Assembly: GCA_038885755.1 (NCBI GenBank)
Contig: JAVZZH010000001.1
Coordinates: 32,001-96,000 of the forward strand
Reading direction: 5' to 3'
Length of the DNA stretch: 64,000 bases
Origin: Candidatus Caldarchaeum sp.
GTDB taxonomy: Archaea > Thermoproteota > Nitrososphaeria_A > Caldarchaeales > Caldarchaeaceae
The position numbers were made by a program, and so were the translations under genes. Of this stretch, positions 1-8,751 are shown piece by piece. The first letter of the stretch is position 1; the number at the start of each line of letters is the position of its first letter. The notes beneath the pieces are model-generated. The model was not told the DNA's origin, made no database searches, and saw nothing but the letters and a program-made list of their open reading frames with translations.

Positions 1-2461
1 TAGTCGGTACTCTCTGGTACTCCTCCAAGAACCTAGGCGGGCTCATCATGCCGACGATTACAGTGCCTCCCGAGACGTCTGACTCGATGTGGGCGAAACC
101 ATCTCTGTCGAGAACCCGGTAGTATTGCTCGCCCTTGTATCCTCTGACGGATGGGTCGGGTATCCCGAACTTGTCCCGCTGCCCTCCGGGGCTTTGACGT
201 GCCTCAACCTCATAGGTCCTCCAGCTCAGCGAAAGCCCCAGACCTCTCTCGACCGAAGACCTGTTCAGAACAACTGCGTCCTCCATGTTGTAGCCCTGCC
301 CCGTCAGTATAGCCACCACCATGTTCTGTCCAGAGGGCCGTGTGTTCATGCCCACGTAGTCTGAGCCACGCGTCGTGACTATCGGTTTCTGAGGGTAGAC
401 GAGCAGGTGGCTTCGTGAGTCTGTCCTGAGGGAGTAGTTTGAAGCGAATAATCCTAGGGCCTGCTTTCCCATAGCTCCTTCGTAGACGTTTCTCGGAGAC
501 TGGTTGTGCTCAGCGTAGGGGATTATGGAGGCCGCCACACCCAGCATGCCGTAGGGGCATATCTCCAGATGCGTGTGCTCGTTCTTGAGCTCTTCAGCCG
601 ACAGCGCCACGTAGGCGTTCTCCTCCTCTTCAGCGTCCAAGAACTCTATTATGCCGAGGCTTACGAGGTCTCTGAAGCGTGAGGTTTGGCGTTTGATGAG
701 TTCTACGTGCTGCTTCTGGATGGCTGGCTGGCCGTTCTCGACTATGATTAGAGGCCTGCGCACCCTTCCCTCGTCTGTGTTGATGACGACCTCCTGAACG
801 TGCTGGTAAGTGTACAAGGCGACGTTGATGTTCTGGCTGATGACGCCCTCACGTCTAAGTCTTCTCAGCTCGTTGACCAAAGCCGCTGCGTTGCTGTGAT
901 ACCCCTCCAACACGCCGTCTACGAAAACCTTCGCCGGGGGAGGAGGCTTTTTCTTCGCGATGACCTCGGTGATAGGTATGACGTTGAGCTGGAAAAGCTT
1001 GTCCCTCAGCTCTTTCTTGTTGCCTTGGAAGGACAGCTCCGCTGAAAGGGCTAGGTTCTTGACCAGCCCTGCGTTGCTCCCCTCGGGTGTTTCGCATGGA
1101 CACAGCCTTCCCCAGTGCGTTCCGTGAAGGTCTCTCGCCTCGAAGTGAGGCTGTCCCCGGCTGAGCGGCGACTGGACGCGTCTCAGATGGCTTAAGGTTG
1201 CCATGTAGTTGGTCCTGTTAAGGAGCTGCGTGACGCCCACCCTGCCTCCCGGCCAGTTTCCGGTTGCGAGGGCGTGTCTCACGTATTCCGAAACGATCCC
1301 GGGCCTCACGTAGGTCGCTATCTGGAGAGGCTGCCTCGTCGGGATGATGCGCTCCAGCTGGTACTTGAGGTCTCGGAGAAGCTTGACGAACGCCATCCGG
1401 TAGAGCTCGGTGAGGAGAGCTGACTCGAGCTTAAGCCTCTTGTTTGCGTAGTGGTCTCGGTCGTCGGGCTCCCTCAACCCAAGGCTTGTCTCTATCACTC
1501 TCCCGATCATTTCACATAGATGAATCGCTTTCTTCATCCTCGCGGCTTTATTCGTCCCCAGATGGATGAGGAACATCGAGTCGATCGTCTGCTCCGCTTT
1601 CTCAAGCCTGTATTCCTCGGCGTATCCGAAGGCTATCCTGCTGCCGATGTAGTCGAGTGCCTGCTCGGTTGTCTCTATTCCTTCAGCCTCTTGGAAGCTT
1701 GGCTCGAGAAGCTCTTGAACCTCTTTGAGCGGCGATATTGTGTTGGCTATTTCGAGGTCTTTAGTCATTCCCAGAGCCCTCAGCATGATTATGGCTGGAA
1801 CACCCTTGTAGATGCGTGAGAAGAATACCTTGACAGGGTTGTCCTTACGGTAGCTAACCTCCACCCTTACCTGACGACCGTGAGCTGCGGAAAGAACCAC
1901 GGCGGAGTACTGGGGCTTTCCATCCCCCTCCTTATGCGTCACTATTATCCTGTTAGGGGCCAGGTCCTCGATCGCGACTATCACTCTCTCAGAACCGTTT
2001 ATGATGAAGTAGCCTCCCGGGTCCAGCGGGTCTTCGCCTACCGCCATCAACTCCTCCGGAGTCATCTTGGACAGAGGGCATATGTCCGACTTTACGAGAA
2101 CGGGTATGTTTCCAACCCAGACTGTTTCGGGAGCGGCTAGGGGTTTGCCGTCCAAGAATATCCTCATCTTTACGTACAGCGGAGCCTCGTACGTGAGGTT
2201 CCTCAGCCTAGCTTCCGAAGGATACAGTTCTTGAGGAGTCGGGGCCAAGACCTCTCTCTTCACAGGCTTGCCGACTTCAACCTGCTCGAACTTCACCGTC
2301 ACTATTCCGTGCCTTGTCTTGATCTCCTGCTCGCCCAGCGAGTTGATCAGCTCCTGCAGCCCCTCCCTTATGAAGTAGTTGTAGGACTTTATGTGGTGCT
2401 GGACTAGGCCTTCCTCGTCTAGGTAGGACTTGAAGACCTCCCATAGGTCGTCTTTACTCAG
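1..2461 (-). CDS. rpoB: DNA-directed RNA polymerase subunit B, unsplit, 3' end beyond window start
   Basis: Manual translation: LSKDDLWEVFKSYLDEEGLVQHHIKSYNYF, EARLRNLTYEAPLY, DPLDPGGYFIINGSERV, HFEARDLHGTHWGRLCPCETPEGSNAGLVKNL, EHNQSPRNVYEGAMGKQ. Not in the ORF track because it has no stop in the window. Start is non-canonical; CTG at 2461 used. Confidence 0.97.
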   Translation of the reverse strand, partial: MSKDDLWEVFKSYLDEEGLVQHHIKSYNYFIREGLQELINSLGEQEIKTRHGIVTVKFEQVEVGKPVKREVLAPTPQELYPSEARLRNLTYEAPLYVKMRIFLDGKPLAAPETVWVGNIPVLVKSDICPLSKMTPEELMAVGEDPLDPGGYFIINGSERVIVAIEDLAPNRIIVTHKEGDGKPQYSAVVLSAAHGRQVRVEVSYRKDNPVKVFFSRIYKGVPAIIMLRALGMTKDLEIANTISPLKEVQELLEPSFQEAEGIETTEQALDYIGSRIAFGYAEEYRLEKAEQTIDSMFLIHLGTNKAARMKKAIHLCEMIGRVIETSLGLREPDDRDHYANKRLKLESALLTELYRMAFVKLLRDLKYQLERIIPTRQPLQIATYVRPGIVSEYVRHALATGNWPGGRVGVTQLLNRTNYMATLSHLRRVQSPLSRGQPHFEARDLHGTHWGRLCPCETPEGSNAGLVKNLALSAELSFQGNKKELRDKLFQLNVIPITEVIAKKKPPPPAKVFVDGVLEGYHSNAAALVNELRRLRREGVISQNINVALYTYQHVQEVVINTDEGRVRRPLIIVENGQPAIQKQHVELIKRQTSRFRDLVSLGIIEFLDAEEEENAYVALSAEELKNEHTHLEICPYGMLGVAASIIPYAEHNQSPRNVYEGAMGKQALGLFASNYSLRTDSRSHLLVYPQKPIVTTRGSDYVGMNTRPSGQNMVVAILTGQGYNMEDAVVLNRSSVERGLGLSLSWRTYEVEARQSPGGQRDKFGIPDPSVRGYKGEQYYRVLDRDGFAHIESDVSGGTVIVGMMSPPRFLEEYQRVPT

Positions 2462-2472
2462 CTGGTATGACG

Positions 2473-2748
2473 TTAGCCCTCACCCCAGACGACTCGGTAG
2501 TATACTGCTTCTCCAGCTGTTTCAGAGACTCGTGTTATTTTAATCAGGTCTCCCACCTTTGCCTTAAGCTTCTTGACCATCGGGTCCGACGGCAGGATGT
2601 ACGGCAGCTTGTCGGGAGTGACGCCTAGGCGTTTGAGAAGCTCCTCGGCCTCCGCCTGCGGCAACACCTCGTGCTTCGGAACAAGCACGTGCTCGGCTAT
2701 GTTCTTCTCAACAGTTGTCTCCTGTTTCTGCTTAGCCATACTTACCAC
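2473..2748 (-). CDS. rpoH: RNA polymerase subunit H (Rpo5)
   Basis: HVLVPKHEVL...LPYILPSDP...GDLIKITRVSETAGEAVYYRVV; canonical position upstream of rpoB. Confidence 0.97.
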   Translation of the reverse strand: MVSMAKQKQETTVEKNIAEHVLVPKHEVLPQAEAEELLKRLGVTPDKLPYILPSDPMVKKLKAKVGDLIKITRVSETAGEAVYYRVVWGEG

Positions 2749-2843
2749 CTGAAAACATTCAAGCTAGTTGATGAAAACCTCTGGCTATTAATAAGCCTTG
2801 AGTCGAGCAAACTTTTAAGAAACTCCTACAGCGTCAAACAAGT

Positions 2844-2921
2844 GGGCCCATAGCTCAGTCAGGTTAGAGCGGCCGGCTCTTAACCGGCAGGTCGCGGGAT
2901 CAAAGCCCGCTGGGCCCGCCA
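2844..2921 (+). tRNA. tRNA-Lys(CUU), CCA encoded
   Basis: Acceptor GGGCCCA/TGGGCCC, D stem GCTC/GAGC, anticodon arm GCCGG-CTCTTAA-CCGGC, T arm GCGGG-ATCAAAG-CCCGC, ends GCCA. Confidence 0.95.
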
Positions 2922-2974
2922 TATATCGTTGAAAGCATGTCAGAATTTCTCGCTGAATGCTGCGACTATCGTGA

Positions 2975-3739
2975 TTAGGCGGTGTAGGCTCGGCCTCTGT
3001 GTGTTTTAACCTTCTTGATTATTTCAGGAAGTTTTTCAAGGTTCTTCTCAGCCGCCGTCCCCGTCACCACTATGTCCGCCCCGGCTTCCGTCACCATGGC
3101 AGCGTCCTCAGCCGTCCTTATTCCACCTCCCACGATCACGGGAATGTCGACGGATTGTTTAACGGCTTTAATGGTTTCGGGCGGCAGGGGAGAAGCCGCT
3201 CCCGAGCCAGCTTCTAGGTAGAGGAAACGCATGCCTAGAAACTGTGCGGCCAGCCCGTAGCATGCAGCTACTTCACGGTGGTTCGGAGACAGGGGTAGGA
3301 CACGTCCCATGGCCGCGACAGTGCTTTCATGGCCGAAGACGACGTAGCCCATCGGTATCGCCTCGAGGTTGAATTGCTTGACTGTCAACGCCCCCTGAAG
3401 ATGCGCCCCCACAATATAATACCAGTCGATGCTGTTCAAAAGACTCATGAACCATATGGCGTCAGCATACCTCGAGATTGACTGGACGTTGTTCGGGAAG
3501 ATGATGACCGGCTTGTCCGTCATCCTCTTAATCTCCTTGATGTAGCTGTCGAGATGCTCCTGAGTATGGACTGTCGACCCACCAACCATGACGGCGTCAG
3601 AACCAAGCCTGCCGACGTAGCCAGCCAGCTCCCCCGCCCTCTCGAAAGACAAGTTCAACGGGTCGATCAAAGTCATGTGAAGCTTCTCACCCTGCTCCAG
3701 CTTCGAAACCAGATACTGCTCAACCCTGCCCCGTCTCAA
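2975..3739 (-). CDS. geranylgeranylglyceryl phosphate synthase
   Basis: HMTLIDP, DAVMVGGST, FLYLEAGSGA, VGGGIR motifs. Start placed at TTG 3739 behind GGGGAG rather than the ORF-track 3877. Confidence 0.93.
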   Translation of the reverse strand: MRRGRVEQYLVSKLEQGEKLHMTLIDPLNLSFERAGELAGYVGRLGSDAVMVGGSTVHTQEHLDSYIKEIKRMTDKPVIIFPNNVQSISRYADAIWFMSLLNSIDWYYIVGAHLQGALTVKQFNLEAIPMGYVVFGHESTVAAMGRVLPLSPNHREVAACYGLAAQFLGMRFLYLEAGSGAASPLPPETIKAVKQSVDIPVIVGGGIRTAEDAAMVTEAGADIVVTGTAAEKNLEKLPEIIKKVKTHRGRAYTA

Positions 3740-3977
3740 AAGCCTGCTCCCCTCTCGAAACCCTGTCATACCACTTTGTGTAGGCATCAACAACGCTGTA
3801 GGCAGGGTACCATGGAACACTGCCAGAAGCCCCACAACCACCGCAGACAACTTCAGCCGCTTCCGCGTTCTTCTCATGCTTGACCGTGACAGCGGTTGCT
3901 CCGCAAACAGGGCACGGGAATATGTTGGGAAACGGTTTAGGAGCCTTCTTGATTATCTTCCTCCTCTTCCTCCCCAT
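3720..3977 (-). CDS. elf1: transcription elongation factor Elf1 (zinc ribbon)
   Basis: MGRKRRK...FPCPVCG...VVCGGCG...VDAYTKWYD matches the Elf1 pattern; ATG at 3977. Confidence 0.9.
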   Translation of the reverse strand: MGRKRRKIIKKAPKPFPNIFPCPVCGATAVTVKHEKNAEAAEVVCGGCGASGSVPWYPAYSVVDAYTKWYDRVSRGEQAFETGQG

Positions 3978-4028
3978 CGGCGGTCTGGAAAAACTTAACA
4001 TATTTGATGGATTTAAACCCGACTGGGT

Positions 4029-4649
4029 ATGAGGAGGCCGAGGCTTTTCCAAGAAAAGAAGATCAGGCTGGCTGTGCTGACGAAGGACTTTAGGCTGGCT
4101 GCTCAAGTGGTCGAGGAGGCGGCGAGAAGAGGCCTGAGGGCGGACCACGTAATCGACCCGGCTGAAATACCTCTCTCGGCCAAGGCCGTGGTCATGAAGA
4201 AGGGGGAGTTCGGCGCGGTGAGCCGTCCACCAGCCCTGTACGCGGACGACTTCGTCTCAACAACATCGCTCGTCGACAGAGCCGTCGAGCTGGCCTATTC
4301 GAAGAAAACAGTTCGGAACGCAGTGATAGCCGTCGACCCGGGCAAAACAATCGGAGCCGCATACATGGCCGACGAACTCCTCCTCAGAACCGAGTCCTAC
4401 ACAGACCTGCACAGGTTCAGCCAGAGCGTCGCCGAGTTCTTCGAAACCCATCCAAACTCGAGACAGACAGTCCTGCTCGGCTCCGGAGCGCCGGAGTTCC
4501 GTGAGGAAATACTACGGGACATTCGTTCAAAAACACCTGCCGCAGTCGTCAAAAACGTCTCGGAAAAAAACACGTCAAAACTCTCCGGAGGAATCGACGA
4601 GCTTGCAGCAGCCATGCTGCCCAGAATGAAGCGACGTTCCGGAAAGTGA
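4029..4649 (+). CDS. hypothetical protein with C-terminal YqgF/RNase H-like domain
   Basis: IAVDPGKTIGAA, VLLGSG, VSEKNTS, DELAAA resemble YqgF-family motifs. Confidence 0.6.
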   Translation: MRRPRLFQEKKIRLAVLTKDFRLAAQVVEEAARRGLRADHVIDPAEIPLSAKAVVMKKGEFGAVSRPPALYADDFVSTTSLVDRAVELAYSKKTVRNAVIAVDPGKTIGAAYMADELLLRTESYTDLHRFSQSVAEFFETHPNSRQTVLLGSGAPEFREEILRDIRSKTPAAVVKNVSEKNTSKLSGGIDELAAAMLPRMKRRSGK

Positions 4650-4655
4650 TGGAGG

Positions 4656-5795
4656 GTGCGGCTTCCATCCGGCAAGACTTTGCTCATAAACGGCCCGGCT
4701 GTCATGAAAGTTTTGGAAGGCGAGGCCTCTATACTGAACTGCTCCCTAAAACAGAACAGAGAATACTTTCTCAGGCCTTGGAATAGATATCCGGTCTACG
4801 CTCATTCGGACTGCGAGCTCGGCTTGCGGATGGGGGAGGACTCGAGGGCCGAAGTGGTGGAGAGAGACGACACCGTCGACCTATGGCTGAGCAGAGTCAA
4901 CGAATGGAATGCCGGCGAGGTTGTGGGAGTGCTTGGAGGCGTTGACTCGGGGAAAACATCGTTCACAACCCTCGCAGTAAACACGCTTTCACGAAAGTTC
5001 GGCAAAGCACTCGTGCTCTCGCTCGACCCCGGCCAGACATACGTCTCTCCCCCCACACTGGTCTCCGCAACCGAGTTGACAAAATGCGTCCACGACCTTG
5101 CTGAATGCAAGCCTTGCTGGCTGAGGCCTGTCGGCTCGACGTCAGCGGCGAAGGCCGCGGCTGAGGTTTTGAAGGCCGCTGCGGAGTTTTCAGAGGCTTG
5201 GTCTAGAGACGTCTCGATGATAGTCGACATGGATGGCTGGGTTGACGACGGTGCCGCGGCCGCCCACAAGGCCGCTGTCCTGAAAACTCTAGGCTGCAGC
5301 AAGGCCGTCATACTGGGCGATGGTCTGGATAGGCTTCGACAGACACTCGAAACCACGGGGATTGAGGTTGTTTGTCTCCCCTCTTCCAAAAACGCGAAGG
5401 CAAGGGACAGCGCTGAGAGGAGAAAGATAAGGGAGTGGTTTTTCAGGAAACATCTAGGAAGTACAACTCTGAGGCTGATTCCAGCCACGTGGGTTAAGCT
5501 CGCCGTGGTTGGCTACGACGACCAAAAACCCCTAGAATACCTGAGAGACGTCTCCCAGAGGCTGGCAGCCACAGCCGAAGACCTTACGTCGAATCTTTGC
5601 AGAAACAGGACGGGGGTGATAGCCTACCTCTACGATGACCAGAAAAACTACAGGGGCATCGGGATAGTCTGCGGCTACGACTCGCAGAGAGCCGCCCTCA
5701 AGATTCTAACAGCGGTTGAGTCAGGCGTCAGATGGATATGGCTCGGCCGCATCGTTATAACGGCTGAGGGCGAGGAGATACTCGTCCTAGACTGA
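4656..5795 (+). CDS. Clp1/Grc3-family polynucleotide 5'-hydroxyl kinase
   Basis: GGVDSGKTS P-loop, LDPGQ, IVDMDGW, RKIRE lid. Confidence 0.85.
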   Translation: MRLPSGKTLLINGPAVMKVLEGEASILNCSLKQNREYFLRPWNRYPVYAHSDCELGLRMGEDSRAEVVERDDTVDLWLSRVNEWNAGEVVGVLGGVDSGKTSFTTLAVNTLSRKFGKALVLSLDPGQTYVSPPTLVSATELTKCVHDLAECKPCWLRPVGSTSAAKAAAEVLKAAAEFSEAWSRDVSMIVDMDGWVDDGAAAAHKAAVLKTLGCSKAVILGDGLDRLRQTLETTGIEVVCLPSSKNAKARDSAERRKIREWFFRKHLGSTTLRLIPATWVKLAVVGYDDQKPLEYLRDVSQRLAATAEDLTSNLCRNRTGVIAYLYDDQKNYRGIGIVCGYDSQRAALKILTAVESGVRWIWLGRIVITAEGEEILVLD

Positions 5796-6344
5796 TTTTA
5801 TGGGTTTGACGATGCTCCTTCGATGAAGAGCCGGGACATTACCTGCACAGATGGCAGCAACATCGCCGGCTTTGAAAGGACCGTAGCTCTGCAGGTCCTC
5901 TCCCACAAACTTTGGAAAATCCTTGAGGAAAACAACAACCTCATGCCTGTGCTCCGTTTCGTGGACCAGACTTCTCGGGTCGTTGAGACCGTTCATGATT
6001 TTAGACTCATGCTGCATCAGAATTCTCTGAACGGTGTTGAACGTCTTCTTCTCAAAAGGCAGCACGTTGTCTATGCTGGAAGCCTTGCTCGCCAGAGCCA
6101 TTATCCTCCTCATCCTTGTCCTCAACAGCGACTGCATTATTTTCTGCATCATCTCTAGTTCAGCAAGCCTGAGCTTGGTGTTTACAGAGTTTCGGTCGCT
6201 CAGACGCACCTGTCTCTTCACGACTGCGAAGTACTCCGCCAAATCGTTCAAGAGCTCTTCCGGAATCTTGACAAGCTCCTCGCTCGTCCTCTGCCTCTGC
6301 CAGAGCTCATAAAGCCTTTCGTAGACTTCCTCCATCCACGCCAT
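5787..6344 (-). CDS. GINS subunit, Gins15/Gins51 type
   Basis: Helical A domain (RMRRI) then B domain FPKFVGEDLQSYGPFKAGDV; directly downstream of priS. Confidence 0.85.
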   Translation of the reverse strand: MAWMEEVYERLYELWQRQRTSEELVKIPEELLNDLAEYFAVVKRQVRLSDRNSVNTKLRLAELEMMQKIMQSLLRTRMRRIMALASKASSIDNVLPFEKKTFNTVQRILMQHESKIMNGLNDPRSLVHETEHRHEVVVFLKDFPKFVGEDLQSYGPFKAGDVAAICAGNVPALHRRSIVKPIKSV

Positions 6345-6361
6345 ACTGCTTAACAGGTGGA

Positions 6362-7600
6362 TTAATGTTTAACCAAGCTAGCTAAGCCTCTGCACATCAG
6401 ATAAGCCGCTGCGAATGCCGGAACCTTAACACGTTCACCAGCCTTGTATGGGCCGAGGTTGAGACCGCCTAGCTCGAACGCCGGTGTTGGAAGAAGCTGC
6501 ACCTCAACAGGCTCGTCGCTCAAGACGACAGCGTCAACCAAAGGGTTGAAATCGTCGAGATCGTGGACTTGACAGGCAGACAAACCAGTCTTCCCGTTAA
6601 TGGTGTCGGTAAGCCTCAGCAACCTATGGACATCCGTCGACACTACTGTGTCGACATGGGATGCGTTTTCTTCTAGAACAATCTTCAGCAAGGACTGGAG
6701 CTGCGGTGAGCTTCGGCTATTCTTCAGCAGATGCCACATAGGTTTTTCAACCCAGTGCTTGGCTATTTCAGCCATGTATACGACGTCCCTTGTCTTCAGG
6801 AGGCGTGAAGCTTTACTTCTCGCTTCTTCGTCGCCAGCGGCCAGCCGGTTCAAAAAATCACGACAGCCTCTCGCCAGCCTTCCAGCCCACCCGCGGTCCC
6901 CATAGCCTGGCCCATCACCGGTCCTTGGGCTTGAGGAAAGTCCGTAGAACCTGACGTCTAGATGAGAGGCAGAGATGTACTCCACAACCTCCTGCCGAGC
7001 AGCTCGGTCGAGGCCCATAACATATTCGCCAGCCACGGCCAGATGATATCCGCGGTTGCCTGAAAAGCTGAGAGTCATCAACGACGCGCTCAGCCCAAAG
7101 TCTTCAATCAAGAAGTCAAGAAGCTTCTTCATCTCTCTCCTAGCCACGCCCAGACAGTTGTTGCACACCATGTTTATCTCAGCCAAGGCGCTACCGCAGG
7201 ACTTGCAGCTGGCTGCCTGCTCCGAATAGACTGAACCGCATCCGCTGCAGACGAAGTAGTCATGAAACCGTCTACAACTAGTCTCGAGATGGTCGGCGTC
7301 TATGTCGAAGATTAACTCTGCAGCCAGCCAGCCCTTCTCCTCCATCGGAGCCTGTGGATATTGGTAGAGGGCGGCTGAACGGTAGACGTGGAGGGGGACT
7401 TCCCTGACTAGAGTTTTCCTGAGCTCGTCAAAGGTTTTGAAAGAGAGGTGTCGGACCATGATTTTTCGCTCGAACGGTGTGTAGCCGAACTCGCGTTTCT
7501 CCAGGCTTTCAGGCCGGTAGGGGTTTGCGTAGCTGTGTTCGTAGTAGTTTTGGAACAGGCGTTGAACGAAGCGTGCTTCAGCCAGCCCTCTGAAGCTCAT
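6362..7600 (-). CDS. priS: DNA primase catalytic subunit
   Basis: REFG, ELIFDIDADH, FSGNRGYH, DVHRLLRL motifs. Confidence 0.95.
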   Translation of the reverse strand: MSFRGLAEARFVQRLFQNYYEHSYANPYRPESLEKREFGYTPFERKIMVRHLSFKTFDELRKTLVREVPLHVYRSAALYQYPQAPMEEKGWLAAELIFDIDADHLETSCRRFHDYFVCSGCGSVYSEQAASCKSCGSALAEINMVCNNCLGVARREMKKLLDFLIEDFGLSASLMTLSFSGNRGYHLAVAGEYVMGLDRAARQEVVEYISASHLDVRFYGLSSSPRTGDGPGYGDRGWAGRLARGCRDFLNRLAAGDEEARSKASRLLKTRDVVYMAEIAKHWVEKPMWHLLKNSRSSPQLQSLLKIVLEENASHVDTVVSTDVHRLLRLTDTINGKTGLSACQVHDLDDFNPLVDAVVLSDEPVEVQLLPTPAFELGGLNLGPYKAGERVKVPAFAAAYLMCRGLASLVKH

Positions 7601-7716
7601 TCTTCTTTTACGATGCTTGTGTATATGGAGTAAAGGGCGACGACGACAAAGCCGGCTGCGATAAGCCAGTAAGAGTATCCGTAAAGAACGTCTATGAACT
7701 GCTCGACGCTCATCAT
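7597..7716 (-). CDS. 39-aa single-transmembrane protein
   Basis: MMSVEQFIDVLYGYSYWLIAAGFVVVALYSIYTSIVKEE; stop overlaps the priS start as ATGA; below the ORF-track cutoff. Confidence 0.6.
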   Translation of the reverse strand: MMSVEQFIDVLYGYSYWLIAAGFVVVALYSIYTSIVKEE

Positions 7717-7782
7717 CCTGTTAAGGCTACTTTCCACCACAAATTAAACTTATAAACATAGGCTGCCGTCCATCCAGAGGGG

Positions 7783-8190
7783 ATGGACAGGGCTGAAGCG
7801 TTCCTATCGAACATTCTTAAGAGCTTGAACGACGCCATGCCGAAAAGACCCGTAAGATATAAGGAGCTGGTGAGGACAGGCATGTACGTGGTGGAGACTG
7901 TAGGTGGGGGAATTCACAGGTTCGACCCAGAAGAAGTAGCAGCGCTCGGCAGAAAACTACCCGAGCACGTTCTTGAGAACCTCCACCTGCCGTTCGTGTT
8001 CGTGAAGAGCTTCGAAGCAGAGGAATCCATCTACTACCTACGTGTTTACGGGTCGGAGGAAGAGGCTTTCCAATCCCTGATGTCGGTCAGGACGATGCCG
8101 AGGACGGACAGAGGCCCCTACACCTACAAGCCCTTCGTGGCAGAGTTCATCAACAGGTTTCCCACATTAGCCGTGATGGGGTATCTTTGA
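7783..8190 (+). CDS. DUF61/UPF0216-like protein
   Basis: LNDAMP...GGIHRFDPEEV...LHLPFV pattern; TATA-like CTTATAAA upstream. Confidence 0.65.
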   Translation: MDRAEAFLSNILKSLNDAMPKRPVRYKELVRTGMYVVETVGGGIHRFDPEEVAALGRKLPEHVLENLHLPFVFVKSFEAEESIYYLRVYGSEEEAFQSLMSVRTMPRTDRGPYTYKPFVAEFINRFPTLAVMGYL

Positions 8191-8352
8191 GCGGGGATCC
8201 TAGATTTCCTCCTTAGATTCGTTCCACATAAATGGCATTTAACAAGATTCACGTCTCTGTATGTCTTCCTGCATCTGCTGCAGTATCCGTCTCCCAGCTC
8301 ATATCTTGGTGCTGGGCTTGAAGGCGGACGAACAGCGGCCATACCATCCATG
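8124..8352 (-). CDS. small zinc-ribbon protein
   Basis: GYCSRC-x10-CHLCGTNLRRKSR; start uncertain; 3' end overlaps the convergent gene. Confidence 0.5.
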
Positions 8353-8649
8353 AAAGGGGCGGTGGAAAAACATGAAGCCAAGCCTTATTTGGTTCTTCAT
8401 CCTTGAGGCGTTAGGCCCTCCACCTTAACATTCAATTAACATGTGAGTGGGGCTGGCCTTTTTGATTGGGTTGTTCTGGGATAGGGATGTCTTGCACGCG
8501 TCGCGTTGTTCCTCAGACAGATGTCCAAGATGCAGCAGAACCCTGAGAAAAACCCGAGAAAGAAAAAAAGCAGGGCTTAAGCCATCTCAGCCAAATCCTA
8601 GATCCTCTAGATGTTTGACTGTAGGCTTGAAGCATCTCGTAGAGTAGCT

Positions 8650-8750
8650 TGCGGCGGGCGGGACTTGAACCCGCGACCTTCGGCGTGGAAGGCCGACCTC
8701 AGGCGTCGCAGATTTCTGCAACATGTCCTGCCATGCTGGACTACCGCCGC
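8650..8750 (-). tRNA. tRNA-Gly(UCC) with 27-nt intron at non-canonical position 25/26 (intron 8698-8724)
   Basis: Acceptor GCGGCGG/CCGCCGC, D stem GTCC/GGAC, anticodon arm TCGGC-CTTCCAC-GCCGA, T arm GCGGG-TTCAAGT-CCCGC. Insert forms a BHB with central helix CAGG/CCTG and bulges AC|A and AG|G. Confidence 0.92.
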
Positions 8751-8751
8751 T

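Noticed and set aside
89-2853. Short ORFs in the track over rpoB and rpoH, and similar nested ORFs throughout the window
   Set aside because: Antisense or alternate-frame shadows of well-supported genes with no recognisable motifs
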